Assembly: GCF_036321535.1 (NCBI RefSeq)
Contig: NC_087437.1
Location: forward strand, 107,076,001-107,140,000
DNA from: Camelus dromedarius
Lineage: Eukaryota
DNA length: 64,000 nt
Direction of reading: 5' to 3'
Part shown: positions 40,431 through 59,797 of the stretch, one piece after another
How positions within the stretch are numbered: the first letter of the stretch is position 1
How the letters are laid out: the number at the start of each line of letters is the position of its first letter
Made by a program: the position numbers and the translations under genes
The notes under the pieces: generated by a model
Seen by the model: only the letters and a program-made list of their open reading frames with translations
Database searches by the model: none
What the model was told of the DNA's origin: nothing

Positions 40431-41703
40431 TCTTAAGAGCAGTAGAACACAGAACAATAGTAATCCTAAAGGAAAAGAAATTACGATAGCTAACAAAATA
40501 TGCTAAATTACAAATAATTGTTTATAATTACACAAACTTAGCCTAAAATAAGGGCAACGTGATCAACAGAAGGGCTGTAAAGAAAAGTTCAAGCTTTTGC
40601 CTTACGGATACAAGAGCAAATTGAACAGGAATCATATTAGGAGCCTCCAAGATTGACACCAAATGGAGACAAGTGAGATGAGTGGGCATTCTGTATAGTT
40701 CCGATTTCTTCTGTGACTTGCCATGTTCACGAGTTAGGATATTTTATGTTCCACTGCTCTTAAGAGAAGGCACAAAACATTTATTGACTGGGAAAACACT
40801 GACAAACCATCGCATCTTCCATGTTTTACTGTTTCCATTTCTGCCAATGTCATATGAGCTCATTCATGTCACAGAAAAATGCATATGGCAGAAAGACCAC
40901 ACTTCTATACTGGAGTAGCTTTGGTTCATTTCTTTGATAGGTCTAGCCTCCCCAACCTTTATGTTAATAATTTTCTTTTTTCTTTCTTTTGGAAAAACCA
41001 ATGAGATCAGCAAATTGTAGCTGTTATCCATTGTTCCTAAGTGACATTCAGATCTCCAGTACCTTCTTCTAGAAGACAAATTAAACAAAAAGCAAATGTT
41101 GGAAACAATTTTTGCAGATTTTTGTGTGAAAACTCTGATACAAAAATTATGCTTGCCTGGTGGTCATCGAAATGCTAGAGAAAGAAAGTGCCCATTGAAT
41201 GCTTCGAAAATTAGGTGTTTAAATTTGTCCTCAGTGTCATAGCAACTCATCATTTGTACCTACAACAGTGGTGAGCACAAAATCTTTCCTCCTTTTAATT
41301 AAGCAGATGCCTGGTCAAGCTCACAGCTCCCAATGTGTATTTTAAGTGAAACTCCCTTTGCTGCCCAGATAGAATGTTTTAAACTGCTCAGCTGATTGAT
41401 AAAAGGGAAATCTCACCAGCAGAGGGCTGAAGAAAATAATGTGGCAACTTGGAAAGCTGTTTGGCATTACCTTGGACTAAGAATAAAGTGGTGGAAAATC
41501 TTTTGGCTGTTTTTTATCTCTTTATGTCCTGAATTTTAGGCTCCTTGATTACTACATCAAATAAGCCTTTGAAAAGGAAAAAAAAAAAATCATTGGTGAA
41601 TAGGCAAGATCTGAAAATGACTTCTTTTGTTATTAATTATCATTCTAGGTACATTTATCTCATTTTATCCAAAGCTTGCATAGTAATTGAGGGTAAAGGC
41701 ACC

Positions 41704-41705
<2 letters not shown>

Positions 41706-41740
<35 letters not shown>
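41706..41740. repeat. (TG)n microsatellite
   Basis: About 17 TG units. Confidence 0.95.
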
Positions 41741-41741
<1 letters not shown>

Positions 41742-42565
41742 TGCCATGTCACTTACTGTGGGGATTTGTACCCAATAAGTAATGTAGGCAAATGAATAGT
41801 TGGGGTAGAGACTGTTGGGGCAAAGAACACATTAGGCCACTGAACTGCGTGGCCAAATTCTACGTTTAACTGAGTTCTCTGGGACTAATGCCCACAGTGT
41901 GAGATTTGACTTTTACCTTTCAGTCTGGTGGCCAACAGATAGGAAAAAACTTAACCAGAGACTAACATGCTAACGTGACTCTCCCTGTCTTTCTCCACTC
42001 TCTGCCCCAAACAGCTGGCTCCTGAGAATCTTACATTCCACAGCTCAGGGGAGTAACATTGAGTAATTCTGAGGGCAAATTAGAATTATTGCTGGAATCT
42101 GATAGCATGTTATATAGAGCTACTTAAGAAAACTGTTCTAAGGGGGGTGAAAACGAAGATGAAAATGTAAAGTGGGAAATATCTGTGGCTAACCACATAA
42201 TCCACGTCTTCTAGTAAATAAGCTATTTCCTGAGAGAAATGTAGTTACTTTGGAAGCAGTCTGAGCTTTTAAAGTCATTGATGTACCATTTAGTACTTAA
42301 AATATAGTGACTTCTAAAAGGATCCCGAGAGCATGGCTTGGATGTTCCAGGGTTTGGAGAAACCACGCCAGGTATTCCTGAAGAGCAAATGGAACATTCG
42401 GAGGGCTTGGCTCACCAAGCACGTCTTTCCCAAATGTAATTTATCATCATTTTCTGTTCATTAGGTTAAATACTTTCACATCATTTTACTTTACAATATA
42501 ATTGAGGGAGATAAATTCAAAATGCAACCAAAACCCCACTTTGTTTCACTGAATTTGTTATACAT

Positions 42566-42772
42566 CAGAGGTGGGCAAACTATGCTCATAGGACAAAGCT
42601 GGCCCACTGTCCTGTAAATAAAGTTTTATTAGAACACCACCATGCCCACTCATTTATGTGCTGTCTATGCTGTATTCTTGCTACAACAGCACGGCTGAGC
42701 CACTGTGACAGAGATGGTTTGACCCATAAAAACCATACTATTTCGCTCTTTACAGAAGTGTGCCAACCCCTG
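42566..42772. mobile_element. MER58-like hAT-Charlie DNA element
   Basis: Terminal inverted repeats cagaggtgggcaaac ... gtgtgccaacccctg; internal gtaaataaagttttattagaacac. Confidence 0.8.
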
Positions 42773-42967
42773 GTGTATATTATTACATTAGTAACAAACC
42801 TATCTATCACCAGAGATATAGATGTCTTTCTTTGGAGCTATCATACACACCAAGGATACATGATATATTTTATTAAAACAAAATCTTCTTTCCAAAGAAT
42901 TCAAGAAAACATTCTGTCTTCAAATCCCGTCTGTGTGTCTCAGATTTCCTTCCCAGGATTCCCATGT

Positions 42968-43020
42968 AAAAAAAAAAAAAAAAAAAAAATCGACACACAT
43001 TCAAAAAGTGTCCTTTTATT
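42968..43020 (-). terminator. Polyadenylation signal and downstream U-rich element
   Basis: Minus-strand AATAAA (plus tttatt 43015-43020), then TGTGTGTC and a T22 tract (plus A22 at 42968-42989). Confidence 0.7.
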
Positions 43021-44321
43021 ATTTCTAGTAACATATATTGTATAAATACTCTATTTTTATATGACCTTTTACAAAAGGGATATAACTTAAAAGTTTTATC
43101 ATTAGAAAGAAATGTATAAAAATAAATATGTTATTATAGGCATTTATTACAAACTATAGTCCTTCTCAGAAGGAACACACAAACCAATACTTATAAAGTA
43201 TGTAGGATTTATAGTAACATATTTTACTATATACATATGGAAAAAGTCATTCTCTTTCATAGTAGAAGAGCTGCACAGACATTCACCAGGATATGACTGT
43301 TGGACCAGCTGCTGAGGATGGACCCGCTACCCCTCAGTAGCTTCCCCACCACGAGAAAAGAGATCTCAACGTCCCCAGATCCTAGGGACCCTGTTGTACA
43401 CACCCCATTCTTGTTCCGGCATTACATCCTTTTTTGTGCGATCTTACTGACTTTCTTCAGACACAAACTGTTTTTTTTCCCCTCACATCCACATTCCTTA
43501 AGTAGGCTTACATCAGGAAGAAAGAAATGTAGCGCCCCTCGCTTTTATCAGCTTCTGATACATGGCTGCTTTTTTTTTAATCCCTTGTAGACTTAATGTC
43601 ATTTTTACAAATACGCAGAATTGTTTCTTCACCAAGATGAATTCACAAATAAAGACATGAGAATGGCACAAGAAAGGAAAGACAGAGTCATTTGAGTCAT
43701 TGGATGCTGCTTAAGCATTTCTCATGCTGGACAATCTTGAGATCTTTGCCAAGCATTTTTCTCATGCTGGACAATTTTGAATTCTTAACTTTCAGTAGAA
43801 AAGATGGCACAGACATTCTCTGAAACCACAACAGCCATGAACATTGCTGGTCAAAGACCCTACTTGCATTCCTTTCTCTCTCCATTGCTAGTGAGGTAAA
43901 GTAAGCCACATTTTAAACCTCAAATCTCATCTTTCTCCTGCTTTTCATTTCCCAACCCCCATGATACAAAATATTTCATCAGTACCAGGAAACAGCGATT
44001 GTAATATTTCTTACACTGATTTTGACAGTTGTTTCTCTTTTTGGAAAAACTTATCATAAATGTAACAAAAGAAATAATAATGCCCTGGGGCTTTTTCGTG
44101 ATCTATCATTGGTCAGATGTGAATAATCTCCAAGAACTACCCTATCAAATTAGTAACTGGCAGGAAATTCTGATGATCTATAACTTTTCTACCTACCTCT
44201 ACCTCCCAACTCATCGCCACACCTCGTTGATCACTGGCAAGGTACACTGGATTCCTCCAGCCTTCTTGATTTCAGTGCATCAGCCCTTCCACACTGCCCT
44301 TTCCCTCCACACGCACCCGGC
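42995..44321 (-). other. ADAMTS1: ADAMTS1 3'UTR (3' end approximate)
   Basis: Runs from the stop codon to the AATAAA at 43020-43015, which is followed by GU/U-rich sequence; contains ATTTA motifs. Confidence 0.75.
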
Positions 44322-51451
<7,130 letters not shown>

Positions 51452-51918
51452 CCGAACCCCGGGAGTCACCGCGCGCCGCCGCAGCGCACTGAGCGAAGAG
51501 CCTATTGTTCCGGTCCCGGGCGCAGAACCTTGCTGGCCTGGCTCGGGATTGTTAAAGTTAACAATTACTATGATTCTCTGAAAGTGAGCGCAGAGCCAGC
51601 TGCAAGTGGGCTCCGGAGTCACTGAAAAGGAGGCGATGCAGTTCTGCCGGCGCGCGGGAAGTTTTCTTCTAGCAACGAGTTGGAGGCACCGCGCAGCAGG
51701 CGCTGGCGGGGTGGCTGCTGCGGAGACTCCGAGCGTCCCGGGACGCCTCGGGGCGAGGGGACAACGGGCCACACGAGGATCGGTGCCTGGAGACCCTCTT
51801 CGGCCTCCGCCTTGGTCGCGGTGCACCTCGCTCTGCGCAGGGTTCTGTCCTCTCGGCCCTACTGCGCGCCCAGGCTATGCAACGGCCCCAAGTTGTGAGC
51901 CGCTTACCAGCGAGTGCA
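51452..51918 (-). other. ADAMTS1: ADAMTS1 5'UTR (TSS approximate)
   Basis: TSS inferred about 25-30 nt downstream of the TATA box; GC-rich; no upstream ATG found. Confidence 0.7.
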
Positions 51919-51942
51919 AGAACCGAGCAGCCCGGGCTGCCC

Positions 51943-51949
51943 TTTTATA
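51943..51949 (-). promoter_or_regulatory. TATA box of ADAMTS1
   Basis: Minus-strand TATAAAA (plus ttttata) embedded in GC-rich sequence; GC boxes upstream near 52082-52097. Confidence 0.85.
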
Positions 51950-54900
51950 GTCTCTGAAAGTGTCTCCTCCCCTCCGTCTCTTTCCCCTCTTCCTCCACCC
52001 TCTTGGCCGCCTTTCTATCCCGAGGATACCGCCCCCTAAACTCAGTTGGTGCAAAACCGCGCTCAGAGCCGCGGGCCGGGACGGGGGAGGGGGCGGCCTC
52101 CGCGCTGGCCCGGCGCCACCGGCTCGTCAATCTGGGGGCGGAAGACGCAGGAGGGGTGCTGTGATCAGCACTTTGTACGTCTGGGGCTGCTGCGGGAAGA
52201 AGGTACTCGGTTCCACAACGCCTTCACCCGGCCGCCTTCCCGGACCACCTTCCCTTCCCGCCACCCCTCTCGTGCGGGAGCGCAGTTCGCGAGCTGGGCT
52301 GCAGCTTCCAAAAGGGACAGTCAGGGTGGAGAGCGGAGTCCCCTTCTCCAAGATTTTCCTGCCCGGGAGCTGTCCCTGCGCCGCCTCCATCTCTCACCGC
52401 ACCCCTTTCCCCCGCCAGCCTCCTCCCCTTCAATCTGGGAGATGAGCCAGGGCTGCCCTTTCTAGAAAAATACCCCACTCCACCTCTCCATCTCCCTGGC
52501 CTGCCTCGGGCCGGTTTGCTGCAGCGTGCTATCTCTTCGCCCCAAGTTTTCTCGGGAAAGCTTGATTGGGCCGGCGCGTCTCCTCGAAAGCGTTCCTTGC
52601 GTGAGGAGGCCCGGGGAAACTTACCAGTTACTTGATTTTAAAATACGTTTGCATTGACCTTCACCCCTAACCTTTCCACCATCATTTCACACCCCCCCTC
52701 CCACCCCCGGCCTTAGAGACTTCTCCGTGGGGACCCGGATTCACACTTCCGGAATAGGTGATCTGGAACGCGGTTCAGTTCTCCAGAGCCTAAGGAGGGA
52801 AACATAACTCCCGCCCAGTCTGTCTCCTTCCACCTACTAGCGGCTGTAGGATGTAGGCCAGGTTGTTCGCAACGTCAAGAAACCCCACTTTCCCACCCAG
52901 GGACCAGCGGGGTCGCTGGGGCTAGAATGTGTGCAGTGGGAAAATTAAGCGGTGGGTTTCTTTCCCGAGCCCTCCCTCCTCTTCCCCTAAGGAGGGAGAA
53001 GGCTGCATGCGCGTTAGGAAAGCGAGAAAATCAGCTTTTCTACCTCCATCTAGGTCCTTAGGCAAAAGCTAAGCAGCTCTTCCATCAAGAAAGAGGGAGG
53101 GGCTCAATGACACAAAGGAAGGAAATGTTTCATAACGCTTCCCCAGGCGGAAAACCACGGGGACAATGGTGAGAATGACCGCCCGAGTCCCGGGGCAGAC
53201 CCGCGTCCCTCACTCGCGCGCTCTCACACTTCCTCGCCCTGCCCCGTCTCCTGTCTCGCCGCCCCCGCCCCTCAGTGCTCATCAAGTTTGATCTCTGCCC
53301 TTTCCTTCCTCCTCCCCAGATCTTCCCAGCTTCATTCTGTTCCAGCCAGAAGCGTCCCTTGCAAGTCCTCCAACAAGTCCCTCTTCCAACTTCTGCTTTC
53401 AGAAAACTTTCCAACTTTCTCTTTTCTCTCGCCTCCTTGAAAAACAAAAAACAAAATCTTTGCTTTCCACCCTTTGGGAGAGATCAAACGGAAAAGACTG
53501 GCAAAGAGAAGCCAAACGCTTCACCCTTGAAAGGGTTTAAAACAACCCCTGGACCCCACGCACTTAGGCATGGATGCTTTCTTAAACGCAATTTTCCTTT
53601 CCCAAGGTCATTATCATAGATACACGTCGAATGATTAACCTAGGAATTCCATATATTTTAACAGCAGCTTAAAGGTATCTCGATAACCAATTTTTTCCTG
53701 TGCTCTTCCACTATCCCACCGACTAGCTAACATTTTGACCCTGTTCTGCCCCTCCCTTCCACGCAGTCTCTCACCTCATTCCATTTTTCCTTCAAATTTA
53801 ATATTGACACACACACTCATGAGTGGCCTCATTCATTTCTACATTGTCTAGCCTAGCTCATTCTGTTAATTTTTGAACTAAGAGATGTTTTCTTCTCTGC
53901 TTCACACGTTTCATTTCCCAAATCTCCCTTCTCCTCAGTTTAGTTTCTCCCCTCTGTGATTGTTTAATGTTCTATTTTTCATCCCTTCATTTGTTCTTTC
54001 TCTCCAGCTAGATGAAAGATTAGATACCTAGGAGAACATATGAGGAAAAACCATTTTATACTAAACAGGATCTTGACTGTGGAATCATGAAAACATGATG
54101 GCAAAGCCATCAATAAATTTTCACATCTCCTGCTCAGAAGAGGGTTCTGGAAACAATACATGGTGACCAGAAGTTGGACCTCAGACTGGCTTTGAGATGG
54201 AGATTTCAGATACTTGAGGTGGCCCAGGGGCTGAGAGACTTACTAGATCCATAAGGGAAAATGCAATTCTCTCTATCAGGACAGCATGGGAAATTCAGAA
54301 GACCCGCAGAAAATACGTTGTTTTCTAAAACCTCATGTAATGCGTTACAATCTGTCAACTCCCCTGCAGAAACTTTAGCCTTTATAAAATGTATTAATAC
54401 AAATTTGGCCTTTAGTTCTTTTCTGCCTCCAGTCCATTCTTATTGGAAGTTAATTTAATTCAAGCATACATTTCTAATCTTCAATGCCTTACTCCAAATC
54501 TATTATAATTTTTGCATATTTCATGCTGTATATCCAAATCGAGCTGGAAAAAACAGAAAACTAAAGGCAAAAGAATGGCCAGGAACATGGCTTTTTTATT
54601 CACTGGGTTTCTCTCCAGATTTCTGTTCTTTTGCATAATGATTCCAATCTGTTGTGCACCTGTAGTTCTGGGAAATGATTCTTTTTTAATCGCTTCAGCA
54701 GAGGCATGGATGTACGAGTTGCCAATTACAAAGCTTGAAAAACTTCATCCGTGCTCAGAAGAACATTTAATCTACTTAAGTCTCTCTCTTTTTTTTTAAG
54801 ATCATCACTCTTTGGATGTTTGTGGTAATACACAGACAAATATACATATATACAAATGTATACATATAATATATATGTATGTTTATAAAGAAAATTGTGA

Positions 54901-56111
54901 ATTGAAAAAATAATTTGATGTGGAAACAAGACCAACAGAGCAGAATTTGTTCATGGCATTAGTAAAAGTGACATGTAATATTGGGTCCTCATAAGTAAGT
55001 GTCACATTCTCACACTTATCAAATGTTTGCTCCTTGATTTAAACGTGCCCCCAGAAGATCTTACAGTGCCCTAAACTCTGCGATATTTCTGGTTTTCTTT
55101 TTCTAGAATACATATATGCTTAGATAAACATAAATCTTGATATGTTCTAATTTATCGACCTTAACCAGTTTCTATTATTCGTAGAGATGGCCCAACAAAA
55201 GGTAAAGTATTTGACATAAAAATATCCTTACAATGAACAGTTTGACCACTTAAAAGCCTTACTGTCCTCTGTAAACAGAGAAAATAAAGTTTCATGCATT
55301 TTAAAGTAAAGGAAATAAACAAGTATTAATTTTTATTTATATGTGTTTGTATGTTTCACTTATTCATATATTACAGACACAATACTGGATTGATAGTTCT
55401 CAAGAAGTCTATATACCAAATTAAGTATTCAACAAGGAGCCATGAAATGAGAGAATCTGGCAATATACATGTGCTATTAGCATTGTTTTAGTGTAAACAC
55501 TGTGTACAGAAATGATTAAGGTACCTATTTCATAAAAATGTAATGCTGTTCATTCATATTTTCATACCATAAAATTTACCAGTTAGACATGGGAAAGCTG
55601 TTTAGCATTCATGCTCCTTTTGGGAACATACAGTCTAAAATAATGGATTGGACAAATGGATATTTTATTTGATTATAAATGAGAAAATACACAGAAAACA
55701 TCTATATTAGGCAGGTTATATACCCAGAAATATAACAAATATTGAAGACAGAAAAATGAATGTAAATTGCATTTAGACTTACAATTGCTTTGATCCCAAA
55801 GTCCTGCATTTTCAAGAATCTGTCCAATCCATGCCCCCTGTTTGGCAGATGTGAAATTGAACCTCAAAGGGGTTGTTCTTGCCTAAGATGGTGCAGCCAA
55901 ACAGGAGGGTTAGAAATGACTCTGACTTATACTTTTAAATCAGATTCCTTTTGGCATTTTAACTAATTGTTTGGTAGGCGAGTATGTTGTCAGACTTGTC
56001 ATTGCTGTTATTTCCAACGATTATATGTTACTTACATTCTAAATAGGAGTTTTTCTGTCAAAAATAATTCCACCTTAAAAGATCCACAGTCTTTAGTTCT
56101 TCCGTCTCAGT

Positions 56112-56125
56112 CCACCAGGTGGCGA
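56112..56125 (+). promoter_or_regulatory. CTCF-like motif
   Basis: CCACCAGGTGGCGA matches the CTCF core CCASYAGRKGGCRS at all but the last base. Confidence 0.65.
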
Positions 56126-56670
56126 CGGTCTACAACAAATGATGTGCAGCTCAGGTTTTCTTAATAGTTCATCAGGAATTTGCAGAGGTTTTACACCTTT
56201 TCAATCGTATTTAATAAATTTTTATTGAACTTCGTCTCGGCTTTTGGTGTCATAGAAAACATCTTTCAGAAATTGTAAATTCGCATTCTTAAAATAATAA
56301 AATGTCTTAGCCAACTACTTTTCGATCATGTAGCTCTATTAGTTTCAATCAAAAATCAATTAAACTAAAAAAAAGTAAATTACCTCTAAGATAATACTGT
56401 GGATTACTTTTCTTCATCACAGGAGATCTTTTATTTATCACATGAGAAGAGATCATAGAACACTGCAGTTCACTAAAACAAATTTAAAATTTATTAATTA
56501 GATATATATATTAAGTGCGTACAGTATGCTTAAGTCTACATTAATATTTGACTTCAATGCTAAATTTAATACTTGACCATCAATGTTAAATTCATTTTCT
56601 TGGTTTAGACATTTTCCTAACTAACAACAAAAAAGGAAAGTGCAAAAAAGAGAAGTGAGAAAATGTTCTA

Positions 56671-56684
56671 CCACCAGGTGGTGA
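56671..56684 (+). promoter_or_regulatory. Second CTCF-like motif
   Basis: CCACCAGGTGGTGA, one base different from the 56112 motif. Confidence 0.5.
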
Positions 56685-57674
56685 CAAAAGATAAAATTTA
56701 AAATCATTCTTAAATGCAAGTATTTATATGTAAATGTTTACTCCCAATAGAAGCGACTTCCTTGTGTCATGTGAATTTAAAATCGTATTCTGGGGACGTT
56801 TTATTACTTAAAGGAACTAATATTAACACAATATCCCTAGTTTAATAAACTGAAGAATTGGAAGTGGACAGTTTCAGTCAGCAGGAGGCACATGAGACCA
56901 CAGAACAAGAAATTAAAAAAAAAAATTTTCCCCACCCAGTTGACAGCATATTGATTAGCTGATTAAGATAGAAGCTGGTCCCCACCTATAATGCAGCTGT
57001 TTGAACGGAGGCTGGAAGTCAATTGTCCAGACATTTTGGAAGTGATTTTTGCCAATGGTAAAGAGCAACACTGGATGATTTCTAAGCTTCCTTCCTACAA
57101 GAAGGATTTAAGACTTTACAAAGTTCCTTTGTATCTTATGAATAGGCAATGGCTAAATCATGATGTTGTGCAGTTCGTTTTGCAATCCACTAGGACAATT
57201 AGAATGGATACCTCAGAGTCACTGACATTTGAGTGTCTTCAGAATCCTGGGTCATACTTCTCAGTCTTTCTCATCCATAATAAACGGTAATTGCCCAACC
57301 CACTTGGGTCAATGGACAAGGATGCCTACTCCCAGAACAGTGGCTCAGGGAGTTTTTTTTATCCCAGATGGCTCTCAGGCCATCCTGCAAGCTGAGGAAG
57401 CTATGGTAGACTAGTACATTTGTGCAGTGTCCATTGGGAAGCTAAGACCTCAGCAATCTAAGTAATAGGCTGTTGAGAACATGAGAGTTAGGAGTTGTCC
57501 TAAAGAAGCATGATGCCCAAACGTGGGAGGACTTCCTATCCCCTGCATGTAATGTACTGAGAGCCGGGAGGCAAATTCACATTGAAAATCTGCATTCTCA
57601 CTGAGCCACACCCTTACTTTGTGGCTTTGGGGAATCAACTGTCCCTGAATCTCAGGGTCCTCATGTGTAAAAAT

Positions 57675-58193
57675 ACATGTCCATAGCAGCATTATTTACA
57701 AAAGCAAATGTGAAAAACCTAAGTGCCCATCAACAGATAATTGGCTTAAGAATACTGCTCAGCCATAAAAAATAATGAAATATTGCCATTTGCAGCAACA
57801 TGGATGGACCCAGAGAATATTATACTTAGTGAAGTAAGACAGTGAAAGCCAAATATTATATGATATCACTTATGTGAGGAATCTAAAAAATAATACAGTG
57901 ACTCTATATAACCGAAACAGACTCACAGACAGAAAATAAACTTATAGTTACCCAAGGGGAAGGAGAAGGGGGAGGGATAAATTAGGAGTATGGAATTAAC
58001 AGATAAAAACTTTTATGCATTAAATAGATAAGCAACAAAGATTTACTGTGTAGCACAGGGAGCTATATTCAATATCTTATAATAACCTATAATGGAAAAT
58101 AATTTGAAATATATATATGTAGCTCAATCATTTTACTGTACACTTGAAACTAGCACAATATTGTAAGTCAACGATACTGCAATAGAAAAAGAA
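57675..58193 (+). mobile_element. L1 3' portion (end of ORF2 and 3'UTR), artiodactyl type
   Basis: atagcagcattatttacaa...cctaagtgcccatcaacaga...gccatttgcagcaacatggatggacc...gtagcacagggagctatattcaatatc. Confidence 0.88.
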
Positions 58194-59797
58194 GTAACAA
58201 CCATCCTTGGCTTGAAACATTGTTCCAAGGATGATAGACATGACTGGCATAGACTTGCCAGTGGAAAATGGAACTGATGATTATGGGAGACTTTGAAAGT
58301 GGTGGGAAAGGAATGTCAAAGGGATAAGTGAGACTGCGGATACGCAACTCTGGCCAAGAGTTCTGCTTCAATGCCATGGAACACTCAATACAGAAATGAG
58401 CTTGGAGTGGGTCACATTTTTTTAAATGAATGAAGCAAGTTAGTCTTCTCCATTTAGTAAGATCCCTTTGATTGTTGAGTGGGACACCAACGCAGAGAAA
58501 TGGCTCGTGTATGCAGTTGGTGCATGTTTGTGGTGGAATGATGGAGAACAATAAAGTGAAGTCAAAGGTCACTGGGGAGGGAGGGTCAAAAGCAGGGTAA
58601 GAAGAACGGAGTCAAACAGTTTCGAAGGTGCAGGGCAACAGACTGAAAAAAAGGTTATGCAAGATGGCTTTGCAAAGTTATCAGTTAGTAAGATCAGCTG
58701 ATGAACAGCCTCAAAGTTAAAGTTGCTGAGTGCTATATAGATTGTGCCTTTTTGCCATTGTTTTTGGGACCTGATCTGTCTATAAACTAACTTACTTCAG
58801 TGGATGTACTAGTCTGGCCTGTGTCAACATTTTACTGTCGTCTTCTCACCTCATCTGGCCATTACTGCGGGAAACACTTCCAGGCAGGTGTAACCTGAGA
58901 GTAATTTCCAACAGACACACCCTGTGTCTTGAGTGCTTTCTCACCTGGGGCTCCTTGAAGCTGCAGAATGACAATCTGGTAAATGCAACCGGGAAGCTCA
59001 GAGGAGTGGATAACTAGCCAGGTGGCAGCCCTGGAATAGGGACCAGCGGGAAATGGGTCCTTTTCTGTTCTTTGGGAAACACTAGAGAGGCCCATCATAC
59101 ATGTCTCTTCAGAAGATCTTGATGGACTTGAGTCCCAGTTGTCCCTAGCAAGGACCAGCTTGAGAATCCACCCTGACGTTTGCTTCCCCCTTGCCTGTCT
59201 AATTCTTGCTGGGCCCCTCTCCTTTTCCCTAAATTTGCTTCTCTGCTCCTTTCGCTTCCTCAAGGGCTGTCTGCACACAAGCTTTTTTTCTCTGGTTCTG
59301 CCTCCTGGGCTCAATTGAGTCTAAAACAATGAATATCAGTAGATCCTTTCAATGGGACCATTCACCGATCACACAGCAATAAGGATTCTTTTACTGGTGG
59401 TAAGTAGGGTGGAGTAGCCTGGGGGCAGGCAGTGGCATTACAATACAATTGCAAAGACTCAGGATGCGATGAGATGCAGGTTTAGCTGGCAGCAGTGGAA
59501 CTTAAACAGAATGAGGAAAAGAACACTTTAAAGTGCGCAACTGAATGGCTTTTGATAGCTGCTTCAGAGTGAGGGAGTTGATGAACTATGGCCCAAGGGC
59601 TTGACCACCTGTTCTGAGAATAATGTTTAGCTGGAACATTTGTTTATGTATAGTGTGTGATTGCTTTTGCCCTACCAGGCAGAGTTGAGCACACACGTTC
59701 AAAATATTTATTATCTTTACAAAAAAGTTTGTTGACCCTGGCTTTAGAAGCCTTGAAAAAAATTTTAAAAGAGAGGGTTTGTATTTTTCTAATTCTT

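Noticed and set aside
58168..59314. 134-aa and 150-aa minus-strand ORFs upstream of ADAMTS1
   Set aside because: Non-ATG starts, no domain signal, partly overlapping repeat-derived sequence.
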